A stretch of DNA of 64,000 nt from IMG/VR virus record IMGVR_UViG_3300018878_000143. One strand, written 5' to 3'. The number at the start of each line of letters is the position of its first letter. Positions within the stretch are counted from its first letter, which is position 1. Positions 20,473 to 30,802 of the stretch are shown here, in pieces. The notes under the pieces were generated by a model that saw only the letters and a list, made by a program, of their open reading frames with translations, searched no databases and was not told the DNA's origin. Origin of the DNA: an uncultured virus (IMG/VR IMGVR_UViG_3300018878_000143). Lineage: Duplodnaviria; Heunggongvirae; Uroviricota; Caudoviricetes. Both the position numbers and the translations under genes were made by a program.

Positions 20473-21369
20473 GTGAAACCGTTGTTTTATATTAAACTTG
20501 AAAAAGACGAGTCTTTGGTTATAACCGCAAAAGAACCAATTTATCGTGGAGAAAACCTAAACAAGAAAATAATTTACTTGATACCCAAAATGATCGACGA
20601 TATCGATGTCACAACATCTCGTGTATATTTAAATTATATACGCAGCGACGGCATTCCCAATGTTATCAAATTAGAAAATACAGGAGCTATGTATAATGAC
20701 AACTATTGCCAATACACCGTTCCTGTTGATCGTAAAATTACAAATGTTGCCGGTGACATCTGTACTTGGCTTCACTTCATTCCACATTCTTCTGAGCAAA
20801 TTGTAGTTAAGAGCGGAGAGTGTACTTTAACCATCCAAGACTCAAAGGACTTTGCGGACTATGATGACGCGGCCTTTCCAGACCTGCAGGATCGCGTGAC
20901 TTTTGCAGAAGACAACATCGAGGAACTAAAAAACGACTCGCATAACCACGCCAATATGGACGAGCTTGCAAAAATATTAAGCGGCGATGTTGATAAGTGG
21001 AATGGTATTTTGGTTAATATGCCAGAAGACGGTAAAGATGGCGTAAGTGTTGTTTCCGCAGTGATTAACGAAAATAATGAGTTAGTCCTCACTTACTCCA
21101 ACGGGGTTGAGAACAATCTTGGCGTAATTGTTGGAGCCAATGGCAAAGACGGGAAAGATGGTAACACCCCCGTTATTAACATTGACGAGTCATCTGAACA
21201 ATGGATGGTGTCGTATGACAATGGAAAGACGTGGAAGTCTCTTGGTGTAGATGCAGTTGGCAACGATTATGTTTTAACAGAAACAGACAAGCGCGACATT
21301 GCCGAACAAGCTGCCGGCTTATTGGATGAAAAATTAATTGCCTCTATCGGAACGGGGGTTTTACAATGA
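20473..21369 (+). CDS. Fibre adapter protein (BppU-like N-terminus, short collagen-like segments)
   Basis: GGAGG before GTG; GxDGxDG repeats; C-terminal DYVLTETDKRDIA motif. Confidence 0.65.
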   Translation: MKPLFYIKLEKDESLVITAKEPIYRGENLNKKIIYLIPKMIDDIDVTTSRVYLNYIRSDGIPNVIKLENTGAMYNDNYCQYTVPVDRKITNVAGDICTWLHFIPHSSEQIVVKSGECTLTIQDSKDFADYDDAAFPDLQDRVTFAEDNIEELKNDSHNHANMDELAKILSGDVDKWNGILVNMPEDGKDGVSVVSAVINENNELVLTYSNGVENNLGVIVGANGKDGKDGNTPVINIDESSEQWMVSYDNGKTWKSLGVDAVGNDYVLTETDKRDIAEQAAGLLDEKLIASIGTGVLQ

Positions 21370-24300
21370 GTATTAAATTTGAAAGCGTGCAGAGAATTGA
21401 AGCCGTAAAGAACCGCATCGAAAATGCTACCGGGCTTAAGCATGAAAATCTAACAGAAGCAATACAAGCCCTAAAAGATATGAAGCCAATTTCTATATCG
21501 TCCGCAGAAGACCTATTGCACTTTTCTAACGAGGTAAATGCCGGAAGATCAAACCTTTGTGCTGTCCTGACAGATGATATTGATATGAGTGCTACCAAAT
21601 GGATTGAAGATATGTCAAGCCATGCTATTGGCACCTCAGATACTCCATACTGCGGTACATTCGACGGTCAAGGACACACAATATCTGGAATCGAAATGTC
21701 CTTTAACAATGTTTTCGACAAAGTAGAGGATAAATACCGAGATTTCCGTGTTGGTTTGTTCGGAACTGTTAATGGTGCAACTATAAGAAATATAACCGTA
21801 TCAGGCTCAGCCACTATTACTGGTCGCCATTGTGAAAATAGTAAGATTGGAGGCATTTGTGCTGTTGCAAAAAACTCTACATTTGTTAGATGCTGTAACA
21901 AGGTTAGCATTAACAGTCCACTGAACACAAATCCAGGGGCATACCAGCATCTTTTCTACACCAATATCGGTGGCATTATTGGCTATGCTAAGTCTGTTGT
22001 TGTACATGAATGCTCTAATGAGGCAGATATGTATATCAGCGGAATGTATGTTGGCGGTTTAATCGGTTATATGGAAGATTCTGATGTGCCATCCAAAGTT
22101 ACATGCAGTTGTAACAAAGGAAGGATTGATGGCTATGACATTACCGGTTGTTTAATCGGTCGACTTGGCGGCTGTACACACAGATACAAAGACACTGGAG
22201 ATATTGTGGAAATAGATTTTTCTGCCTCAGTTTCTGGAATGTCTAACCAAGATTGGTGGAATGATCTTGCACCAACATCTGATGAAAATGTAAAGTATGT
22301 TGGATGTAAAGATGGGAATACGGCCATGACTACCGAGCAAATAGCTGCTTATGATAGTTTAAACGAATATTTGAAGCTCAATCACAACTGGTGGATAGAC
22401 GAAACTGTTTCTGGTTTTAAGAGAAAGGAATTTCGTAAAAGGCTGTTCTTTAACAACAATCCAGAGTATCAATGGCGAGTTGGGTATTACCCATATATGA
22501 CTTATACGAACAACTCCGTTAATGCAAATCGTGCAGATTTGTGTTTAAAAGTTGTTGTTCCAGAAGATGGTCGTTATCAGCTTGTCATAGATTTGTACGC
22601 CGAAAGTTCAACCGGTAACTCCAACATTATTACTGGCGGAAACGCCGGTGGCGGATGCGCTGATATCTATGTTGATGGCGAGCTTTTATATAAAGATTAT
22701 ATATTCAGGGGGACATCATCCCAAAGGAAAGAAGACTATATACGTGGAATTAATTTAAAGAAAGGTATTTCCACTATAAGCATAGAACATTCTGACCCCA
22801 GTTATGGCTCAAGACCAACGATTATGTTAAACAGCATAAAATTAATTCAAGCCAACGATATAGAGGTTATCAGCGGAAAGACTATTGAATTTGAAGCCAA
22901 AGGCATCTTAGAAAATGCAGGCTCTTCTATTGATGACATTGATATAATATCAAATAATGATTTTATAGATGTATCGATGCGCACCGATAACGACACTTAC
23001 TGTAATATAACATATAGATCTGGTAGAGCTGAGAATGCCTGGATAAGACTGTATGATCGAAATAAATCCGAATACCTTGTAGACTTGTTTGCTACTGCTG
23101 TAGGCGATATTGATACATCAACTCGCACGACAATAGTAAACAATTGCTATAATACTGGAAACTATGGAAGTCATTCGCTAGACGGAACAAGCCGCTGGCA
23201 TTCTGCTGGTCTTTTTGGTGAAACGCAAATAGAAAGTTTCTATGTACACAATTGTTTCACTGCTGGTGCAGCTGATTATATTGAGCGCAACATAGATACA
23301 AACGAGGATGGAATAATTGACGAAAATGACTTTTATGCAGGTAGCGCGATATATGTAACATGTAGAAGCACCTCTGTCGGAAGCTATAATAATGTCGCAT
23401 ATTTGAGGGGTGTTAGCAGAAAGCCGTTTAACATTCAGGCCGATGACCACTATGAAGACGTTGCAATTGATGTGGAACATGAACATATGTGCGGATTGGA
23501 CTTTGCAGAAATATTCGGGTTTGTGTATACTGGTAATTTACCGATGCTTGATTGGGAAATATCTGTTTATGACGATCTTATTTCTCGATCAAGTTTCAAT
23601 ATGAGTAGTAACAGTTTGGGCGAAATTGCTCCATATGCATTTTATAGGAATACCAGTCTATTGTATGTAGATTTTCCTCGCGTGCGCACAATAGGTGGAG
23701 CGGCATTTTTTGGATGTAAAAATCTATACAGCATAAACTCCCCCCTTGTTGAGTTTATCGATGTTGGCGAAGGTGATTATGGGTATGAGGGTGCATTTGA
23801 ATGGTCAAACATTGAGTCTACCCCCTTCCCTCTTTTAAACGTGGTGGCTGATCGTTGTTTTGCGCGATGCTCATCGTTAAAAGTCGCCGATCTTCCAAGC
23901 GCAACACATATTGGAGAGTGTGCATTCATGGATTGCAAGTCTTTGTCCAGTATACATGCTGAAAATGTAAGTAAAGTTGGATATAGCGCATTCAATGGGT
24001 GCGTTGATCTAAAAGAGGTCTATTTACCAGGAGTTGTCGAATTGGAGGGAAGCGCGTTTTACGGGTGTACCAATCTACAAAGTGTTAAACTTTCACCTGC
24101 TATAGAAGAGTTGCCCGGAGCGGTTTTCTCAAAATGCTCTTCTTTAACAAATTTTGACTTTTCAAATATCAAGAAATTTCTTGGTAGTAGCACATTTTCT
24201 CAATCTGGACTTACAAGCGTCGTATGCACAAAACTACAGACCGTAACAACAAGCTCATTCTGGAAGTGTGAATTTTTAACAAAGGCAGATTTTCATGTCG

Positions 24301-24542
24301 CAACAAAAATAGAGGGTAACTCGTTTAATTATACACCGTTAGATGCGTTAATTCTCAGGAGCGACACTGTATGCGCATTAGCGTCTACAACAGCTTTTGC
24401 AAGCAGCTCTCTGACAACTACCGGATATATATATGTTCCAAAAGCCTTACTGTCCGAATACAAGTCTGCAACTAACTGGAGCACTTTATCAAAAAGGTTT
24501 AGAGCTATCGAAGATTATCAGGATATTTGCGGAGGTGTATAA
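21366..24542 (+). CDS. Mosaic adhesin/receptor-binding protein: GLUG-like repeats, CBM-like insert, BspA-type leucine-rich repeats
   Basis: GTFDGQGHTISG, IGGIIG and VGGLIG motifs; repeated IG..AF..C..L..V.LP units; C-terminal YIYVPKALLSEYKSATNW. Confidence 0.8.
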   Translation: MSIKFESVQRIEAVKNRIENATGLKHENLTEAIQALKDMKPISISSAEDLLHFSNEVNAGRSNLCAVLTDDIDMSATKWIEDMSSHAIGTSDTPYCGTFDGQGHTISGIEMSFNNVFDKVEDKYRDFRVGLFGTVNGATIRNITVSGSATITGRHCENSKIGGICAVAKNSTFVRCCNKVSINSPLNTNPGAYQHLFYTNIGGIIGYAKSVVVHECSNEADMYISGMYVGGLIGYMEDSDVPSKVTCSCNKGRIDGYDITGCLIGRLGGCTHRYKDTGDIVEIDFSASVSGMSNQDWWNDLAPTSDENVKYVGCKDGNTAMTTEQIAAYDSLNEYLKLNHNWWIDETVSGFKRKEFRKRLFFNNNPEYQWRVGYYPYMTYTNNSVNANRADLCLKVVVPEDGRYQLVIDLYAESSTGNSNIITGGNAGGGCADIYVDGELLYKDYIFRGTSSQRKEDYIRGINLKKGISTISIEHSDPSYGSRPTIMLNSIKLIQANDIEVISGKTIEFEAKGILENAGSSIDDIDIISNNDFIDVSMRTDNDTYCNITYRSGRAENAWIRLYDRNKSEYLVDLFATAVGDIDTSTRTTIVNNCYNTGNYGSHSLDGTSRWHSAGLFGETQIESFYVHNCFTAGAADYIERNIDTNEDGIIDENDFYAGSAIYVTCRSTSVGSYNNVAYLRGVSRKPFNIQADDHYEDVAIDVEHEHMCGLDFAEIFGFVYTGNLPMLDWEISVYDDLISRSSFNMSSNSLGEIAPYAFYRNTSLLYVDFPRVRTIGGAAFFGCKNLYSINSPLVEFIDVGEGDYGYEGAFEWSNIESTPFPLLNVVADRCFARCSSLKVADLPSATHIGECAFMDCKSLSSIHAENVSKVGYSAFNGCVDLKEVYLPGVVELEGSAFYGCTNLQSVKLSPAIEELPGAVFSKCSSLTNFDFSNIKKFLGSSTFSQSGLTSVVCTKLQTVTTSSFWKCEFLTKADFHVATKIEGNSFNYTPLDALILRSDTVCALASTTAFASSSLTTTGYIYVPKALLSEYKSATNWSTLSKRFRAIEDYQDICGGV

Positions 24543-24545
24543 CGT

Positions 24546-24791
24546 ATGATTGTACAAAAAACAATAGTCATTGACGATGTTGAGTTTTTACAAAAATACT
24601 CAGACAGTGGTTATATGATTGAACGTGACGATGTTTTGTATGATGAGGCAATCGATCCTATCGGGAGTAATAGGGTATATAATGAGACCGATGTGCCGAT
24701 ATTAACACCAGATAGTGCTTTTTGTGATACTGAATTGGCCACTACGTCTGATTATGAAATGGCCCTTGCAGAATTTGGGGTGAAACTATGA
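24546..24791 (+). CDS. Small acidic protein (possible fibre chaperone)
   Basis: GGAGGT RBS; YSDSGYMIERD...YDEAIDP motif, which I associate with genes following phage LRR proteins. Confidence 0.6.
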   Translation: MIVQKTIVIDDVEFLQKYSDSGYMIERDDVLYDEAIDPIGSNRVYNETDVPILTPDSAFCDTELATTSDYEMALAEFGVKL

Positions 24792-24949
24792 CAAAAGAAG
24801 AATTGACTTTGGCTGTACAAGAGGCAAAAACGAATACAAAATTGGCCTTACAAACAGTATATGATGCCTTAAACCAAGGGCAACAAAAGAAAATATTAAA
24901 AACCAACGCCGTAAAAGATCTTTTTGATCTTTACGGCGTTGAATACTAA
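24788..24949 (+). CDS. 53-aa hypothetical protein (not in the ORF track)
   Basis: GGGGTG RBS, ATGA overlap; MTKEELTLAVQEAK...LFDLYGVEY. Confidence 0.6.
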   Translation: MTKEELTLAVQEAKTNTKLALQTVYDALNQGQQKKILKTNAVKDLFDLYGVEY

Positions 24950-24997
24950 TTAGGCCAAACTGTCATTTTATACAAGCATGTATGAAAGGAGGTAAAA

Positions 24998-25822
24998 ATG
25001 GCTGAAACAATTAATTATGGGCTGTATGTCGAAGACGACAGTTCCACGCTCTTTAAGGATTGGAGAGCAAAAATGAATAGTTCTGCCGACGATTCTAATA
25101 TTGTAAAGATTGATCGAATATTAAAAGAGATTGCAGAGGCTGGCGTTGTTGATATCACAACAGAAGAGAGCGATGCCAGCGGTGGTGAAAATAAGATCAC
25201 TTTTACACTGGCGAATGGCAAGGTTGTTGACTTTACTGTTAGAAATGGTACAGATGGTATTGCGGACATCTATATCGGTGATGGTGACATGCCGGATGAT
25301 TGTAGGATTCAAATTTTGCCGAGCGGTGGCAATACCGTTGCGCCAACTGTTGGAGATGGTGGATACTATACACCCACAGTCTCGCAAGTTGACGCAAACA
25401 CAATCAAAATCTCTTTTAGAGCAAATTTGGACGGTATGAACGAGGTTTCAGATCAAATAATTACGATCCCCTCTGGAGAAAGCGGAACTGATGGTGATGA
25501 TGGTTTTTCACCCACTATTACTGTAGAAAAAACAGATGATGGCTCGACCATAACTATCACAGATAAAAATGGATCTAATACAGTTGTCATTAAAAATGGA
25601 GAGGACGGCCAAGATGGTGTGCCTGGTACTTCTTGCACACACTCTTGGAACGGAACTGTTTTGACTATCAAATCTGCTTCCGGAGAAACATCTGTTGATT
25701 TGAAAGGTCAAGATGGAGAGGATGGATATACTCCACAAAAGGGAATTGATTATTGGACCGAATCAGATAAAGACGAAATCAAAAACTATGTGGATACTCT
25801 TATTTTAGGTGGTGAATGGTAA
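24998..25822 (+). CDS. Collagen-like fibre adapter protein
   Basis: AAGGAGG RBS; Gly-X-Y segments, GTSCTHSWNGT, C-terminal GIDYWTESDKDEIKNYV. Confidence 0.7.
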   Translation: MAETINYGLYVEDDSSTLFKDWRAKMNSSADDSNIVKIDRILKEIAEAGVVDITTEESDASGGENKITFTLANGKVVDFTVRNGTDGIADIYIGDGDMPDDCRIQILPSGGNTVAPTVGDGGYYTPTVSQVDANTIKISFRANLDGMNEVSDQIITIPSGESGTDGDDGFSPTITVEKTDDGSTITITDKNGSNTVVIKNGEDGQDGVPGTSCTHSWNGTVLTIKSASGETSVDLKGQDGEDGYTPQKGIDYWTESDKDEIKNYVDTLILGGEW

Positions 25823-28506
25823 TGGCTGTATATGAAGTAAATCAAAAAATGACAAACCTTGCCAATGCCATCCGAGAAAAGACAGGAACAACAGCTAAGT
25901 TGAGCTTAGACGATATGATAACAGCGGTTTCTGCTTTGAGTCTAACAGAGGAAATCGCTCATGCGAATATTCCAGACTATGTCAAGGCCGAAGCTTTGCG
26001 TGTTGCCAATGAAGTGAAGTCTGTTTTAAGAGATGAAAGCATCGTGTTCCTTACAATGAGTGATACCCACCAATATGGTGCACAAGCTGACAGCGATACA
26101 TATACAGATGCCGATGGTGTTCAAACCAATACAAGCAATCTACATAGTGCCATGGCAGCAAAGATCCTTTCTTATATTTTAGATTTTGATTTCATGGCAC
26201 ATTTAGGAGACTCTACTTGGGGTAGTGCAAAGACAACCTCCGAGTTATTACAATCTCAAGCATCTGATACATTTTCACTACTAAAGGAATCTCACGAGGG
26301 CATTCCCTGCTTTCATGCTATCGGCAATCATGATACCGGTATTTACTATCATAACCAGATGATTAGTGATGGAAACAGTGGTACATATACCGAGACTGGC
26401 GATTATCTGTATGGTCAATACACTGCTCTTTCTGAAAGTGAAGACACCGTAGTTGGTGGGGTAGAAAATGGAGGCTACTGTTATCGTGACTTTTCTGATA
26501 AAAAGCTACGAGTATTTCTGCTTAATACCAGCGAATCCTTGGTTGTTAACCAAACCGATAAAGGAACGCTTGGCTCTCAGCGCATTTGGCTTGCGAATGC
26601 CTTATTAGATTTGAATAGTAAAACCGATGCGTCCGAATGGGGCTTTATAGTTTTATCTCACTACCCCGCTGATTATGGTAATACGATGCCACTCAGCGAA
26701 CTGTTTAAGGCTTATGTTGAAGGCAGTTCAATTACAATTTCTTCAGAGGATGAGATAAGTCACATTATTGATTTCGCTTCCGCGAATATGGCAAAGTTCA
26801 TAGCACAGTTTCATGGGCATGTCCATAATTTCAAGACAGACAAGCTTAGTGTCTATGAGAACAGTAGCTCTGTCTCGTATGATGCTTGGCGTATCTGTGT
26901 TCCAAACGGTCAGTATAATAGAGAAAATTATTACTCAACAGTTGGCAGTTATACAGACATTGATTTTCAGGAAAAAGATTCTAATGGCGAAAAGCTTGAT
27001 TATTTAAAGACGGTCGGCTCAGCCAAAGATACTTCTTTTGTAATTAATGTTATTAATCCGTCAGAAGAAATTATCTATTCATTCTGCTACGGAGCAGGTA
27101 GGGATCGGACAATTGGGTATGGAGACACTGTATATTATAGTATCACAAACGCTTTGTCGAATTTGACGATTTCAAATGAGGCAGGGAGCGCCGAAGAAGG
27201 TAAGTCTTTTACTGCAACTCTAATACCTAGTGAACATTGTATTATTACATCTGTTTTTGTAACAATGGGCGGAGAAGACATAACCTCTTCTGTTTATTCT
27301 GACGGCATAATAACCATTGGATCAGTAATCGGAGATGTAGTTATTACCGCAAGTGCGGAAATCGCCCTTGCCTGCACTAATCAAATCCCAATTTCTACTG
27401 ACACCAGTGGCAACGTATACAACGGAACAGGATATAAGGCAAAGACCTACATCAATGGTGGTGTTGAAAGTACAAATGCTGCCGTGTGCACCACGGGATT
27501 TATTCCTGTTAAAAACGGAGATATTATCCGTATGCAAGACATGTCTTTTTCTACCAATGACGGGAATCATCGTATTGTTTTCTATGACTCTGAAAAGAAT
27601 TATATAGCATTTATACAGGCAAATAGTGCTTGGTATCTCGGTCAAATGAATGCGACGGTAGATAATGCTGGAAACTGCACAGACTTTACAGTTAATACTT
27701 CTATTAGTGCAACAGTTAGCGGTGCCTCTGTATCTTTAGAAAACACTGCATTTATTCGCGTTTGTTGCGCCAATATTACAGATAACAGTATTTTGACTGT
27801 AAACGAGGAAATCAAATATGCCGATGAAGTAGAAGATGTGTGGTCGGTTGTTAACAACTTAACATATGCAACTAACGACAACAGTGCTACTACCATTTCC
27901 AACGGCGAAAGGTACACTGCTAACATCACTGCGTCCAGTGGGTATGTTCTTGAGAGTGTGGTGGTCACTATGGGTGGAGTCAATATATCAGACACTGTCT
28001 ATTCTGACGGTATCATATCTATTGATAAAGTTACCGGGAATATTATCATTACAGTCGTTGCTACAAGCAGTGGAGCAAATGTGGTCTTAACATCTGAAGA
28101 TGAAAATGGCAACATCTTCAATGGTACTGGATATAAAAACGAATATAGATTGAACTCCAGTGGTCAAGTCACCACATCCTCAATAGCTTCTGCCGCTGTC
28201 GGATTCATTGAATTCGAGTATGGGCAAAAACTTGAAGTAACTGGTGGTTCTTGGAACAACTCTGCTTCCTATGTATGTGTATATGATGCATCACACTCCT
28301 TAATACAGGCGATTAATTATTCCAATTTGCTAAAAGAAGGATATGGTGGCCCAGCTTATAGTACTACCGACGATACATACTTATATTGGGACTCCAGCAC
28401 TTGTTCAAATGCTCCAGTATCTGGATCTTGGAGCGACATGCATTATATTCGATTTAGTTGTGGTGTTGACGATGGAGCAAATCTATTTGCTCGCGTTATT
28501 GATTAG
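25822..28506 (+). CDS. Putative virion protein with calcineurin-like metallophosphoesterase domain and Ig-like repeats
   Basis: All five motifs present (SDTH, LGD, GNHD, SHYP, GHVH), then two VTMGG-type beta repeats and two GN(V/I)(Y/F)NGTGYK domains. Confidence 0.8.
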   Translation: MAVYEVNQKMTNLANAIREKTGTTAKLSLDDMITAVSALSLTEEIAHANIPDYVKAEALRVANEVKSVLRDESIVFLTMSDTHQYGAQADSDTYTDADGVQTNTSNLHSAMAAKILSYILDFDFMAHLGDSTWGSAKTTSELLQSQASDTFSLLKESHEGIPCFHAIGNHDTGIYYHNQMISDGNSGTYTETGDYLYGQYTALSESEDTVVGGVENGGYCYRDFSDKKLRVFLLNTSESLVVNQTDKGTLGSQRIWLANALLDLNSKTDASEWGFIVLSHYPADYGNTMPLSELFKAYVEGSSITISSEDEISHIIDFASANMAKFIAQFHGHVHNFKTDKLSVYENSSSVSYDAWRICVPNGQYNRENYYSTVGSYTDIDFQEKDSNGEKLDYLKTVGSAKDTSFVINVINPSEEIIYSFCYGAGRDRTIGYGDTVYYSITNALSNLTISNEAGSAEEGKSFTATLIPSEHCIITSVFVTMGGEDITSSVYSDGIITIGSVIGDVVITASAEIALACTNQIPISTDTSGNVYNGTGYKAKTYINGGVESTNAAVCTTGFIPVKNGDIIRMQDMSFSTNDGNHRIVFYDSEKNYIAFIQANSAWYLGQMNATVDNAGNCTDFTVNTSISATVSGASVSLENTAFIRVCCANITDNSILTVNEEIKYADEVEDVWSVVNNLTYATNDNSATTISNGERYTANITASSGYVLESVVVTMGGVNISDTVYSDGIISIDKVTGNIIITVVATSSGANVVLTSEDENGNIFNGTGYKNEYRLNSSGQVTTSSIASAAVGFIEFEYGQKLEVTGGSWNNSASYVCVYDASHSLIQAINYSNLLKEGYGGPAYSTTDDTYLYWDSSTCSNAPVSGSWSDMHYIRFSCGVDDGANLFARVID

Positions 28507-28517
28507 GGGGTGATACT

Positions 28518-29477
28518 ATGGCAGATCCAATTTTGAGAGTCCGTGGCGAAGACGGAAAAATCACAGAAATTTACTCCTATAAGGGAGATCCTGGCAACGA
28601 TGGTGTTAGCATCACTAATGCCTACATCAACGACGACAATGAGTTGATATTAGAACTTTCTGAGGGTCAACCTATTAATCTTGGAGTGGTTGTTGGAACA
28701 GATGGTGTTGATGGAAAAGATGGTGCAAATGGCGAAAATGGAAACGATGGCTATACCCCTATCAAGGGCGTAGACTACAATGATGGTGTCGGAATTTCGA
28801 GCATTGAACTTACTTCCGAAAGTCTTGTAAGTAGCGGGGTAAACACAATCACTATTACGCTAACTGACGGATCATCGTTTGCTTTTAATGTGTATAACGG
28901 ATCATCTGGCAAAAATGGCAGCAACGGTGCAGATGGCACCTCTTGCACTCATTCCTGGAATGGAACTACATTAACTGTTACATCTGCTTCTGGAACAAGC
29001 TCTGCAAACCTAAAAGGAGATACCGGATCGAATGGCGTTGGAATATCCTCTGTATCATATAGTAACAAAGCTTGGAGATTTAAAAAAACAGATGGAACTA
29101 CAACATCAGTAACGCTTCCAACTATCGCCGACCCAGATAATTATTATACGGCATCAGAGATAGATGCCATGTTTAATGAGTATGTCGCAGAGGTTGCCTC
29201 TCTTGTTGCAAAAACATATTCCGTATCGCTTTCGTACAATAGCCTTCAGGGCGACGGTATTACGATGAGCAATGCTTTAAAAGCAGTTTTTGCTGGCGAT
29301 CCGTATGTTAACGAAGTGAATGTGATTGATGCGGATTGTAAGTATCAAATTCTTATGGGGGCTACGGATATAACTAATACTGTGTCTTCAATAGATGGGA
29401 CTAATTTGTCTGTAAATATCCCAGAAGTCTCTGGAGACATAGAAATTATCATTGAGTATAATTCTCCAATTTTGTAG
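28518..29477 (+). CDS. Collagen-like fibre adapter protein with C-terminal Ig-like repeat
   Basis: Shares blocks with the 20473 and 24998 proteins. Confidence 0.7.
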   Translation: MADPILRVRGEDGKITEIYSYKGDPGNDGVSITNAYINDDNELILELSEGQPINLGVVVGTDGVDGKDGANGENGNDGYTPIKGVDYNDGVGISSIELTSESLVSSGVNTITITLTDGSSFAFNVYNGSSGKNGSNGADGTSCTHSWNGTTLTVTSASGTSSANLKGDTGSNGVGISSVSYSNKAWRFKKTDGTTTSVTLPTIADPDNYYTASEIDAMFNEYVAEVASLVAKTYSVSLSYNSLQGDGITMSNALKAVFAGDPYVNEVNVIDADCKYQILMGATDITNTVSSIDGTNLSVNIPEVSGDIEIIIEYNSPIL

Positions 29478-29492
29478 TATGAGGTAAAAGCA

Positions 29493-30788
29493 ATGATTAA
29501 TAGCGTTAAAACAAAATTATCTGAATTGTTGCTCAATTCCAATACAGAAACTGGCGCCAACGATACAAATATATCAGATGCTATAGCCACTCTTGTTGAA
29601 GGTTTTGGCGCAAGTGACTGTGTTGGCGGAAAACATATTATAAATACAGGACTGGTTTCTTTAACAGGGTCGTATCAAGCGACTCTGTCTGTTGACGAGG
29701 GCTATACATTAGACGAAGGGTCTGTCGCTGTTATTATGGATGGCGTAGATATTACAAGCACGGCCTATGCAGACGGCATAGTATCTATCAAGGACCTGAC
29801 TGGAGATCTGCAGATCGTAGCAAATGCAAGAGCTTTGGAGCAATATTCTATTAACAATTGTCTGACATATTGTTCTTCCAATAACGATATTGCAACCATA
29901 TATGAAAAGCAATCATATTCGGCCACGCTAACTCCAGACGATGGTTATGAATTACAATCTGTTGTTGTTACTATGGGAGGGCAGGATGTGACAGTGGATG
30001 TTTATGCTGATGGGACAATCACAATCAACAACATTACTGGGAACATTGAGATTACCGCCGTGTGTGGCGAAATTACTTCCTATGCTGTTACATACTCCCC
30101 TGTCGGAGTCACTTTGAGCAACCAGCCAGATACCGTAGATCGCAACAGTTCTTTTTCAACCACTGTTACCGTATCGCTCCCAAGCTGGTGGCTTCTATAT
30201 GATCGAAGTATCGTTGTTACCATGGGTGGTGTAGACATTACATCAGATTGCTGTGCTATTTCCGCAGACTATAAGACCGCTGAAATATTCATAGAAAGTA
30301 TAAGCGGAGATATAGATATTGTAGTTTCTGTGGAGTATGCATCAACTTTGCGCGCAATTACAAATACTAAAGTGTCATCGACTACAAACGGTATTAGTGG
30401 TACGAACAGTCAGCTTTATGATGATTGTGCTTTATTGGGTTGTGGCACAGCAAGAACGAGTGCTTACACCATATATGGCAATGTTTATTTGATACCAATC
30501 CCAATTGGGGCATCGCAAATACATCTTTATACAATGTGTCCAGAGTTGATCACTGTAGAAGCCGCATTTATTGCCGGTAATAAATATTCTTCCAACCACG
30601 AGTTTGTAAGCACAGCAACAAATGACCTCAATTTATCAACAACCATTGATATATGCAGAGAGAAATGGGGCGATTGGGGAGTTGTAGAAGATGGCGGTGT
30701 TAATGTCGTATTTAATATGTTTAGCGACCCGTATTGGTCTACATCTACCGCTAGTCAACTCACCAACTCCAAGATACGTTATTCGTGA
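29493..30788 (+). CDS. Fibre/adhesin with three Ig-like repeats
   Basis: Shared N-terminal helical module and three V(T/I)M(G/D)G.D(I/V)T repeats. Confidence 0.7.
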   Translation: MINSVKTKLSELLLNSNTETGANDTNISDAIATLVEGFGASDCVGGKHIINTGLVSLTGSYQATLSVDEGYTLDEGSVAVIMDGVDITSTAYADGIVSIKDLTGDLQIVANARALEQYSINNCLTYCSSNNDIATIYEKQSYSATLTPDDGYELQSVVVTMGGQDVTVDVYADGTITINNITGNIEITAVCGEITSYAVTYSPVGVTLSNQPDTVDRNSSFSTTVTVSLPSWWLLYDRSIVVTMGGVDITSDCCAISADYKTAEIFIESISGDIDIVVSVEYASTLRAITNTKVSSTTNGISGTNSQLYDDCALLGCGTARTSAYTIYGNVYLIPIPIGASQIHLYTMCPELITVEAAFIAGNKYSSNHEFVSTATNDLNLSTTIDICREKWGDWGVVEDGGVNVVFNMFSDPYWSTSTASQLTNSKIRYS

Positions 30789-30802
30789 GTGAGGTGATTA
30801 TT

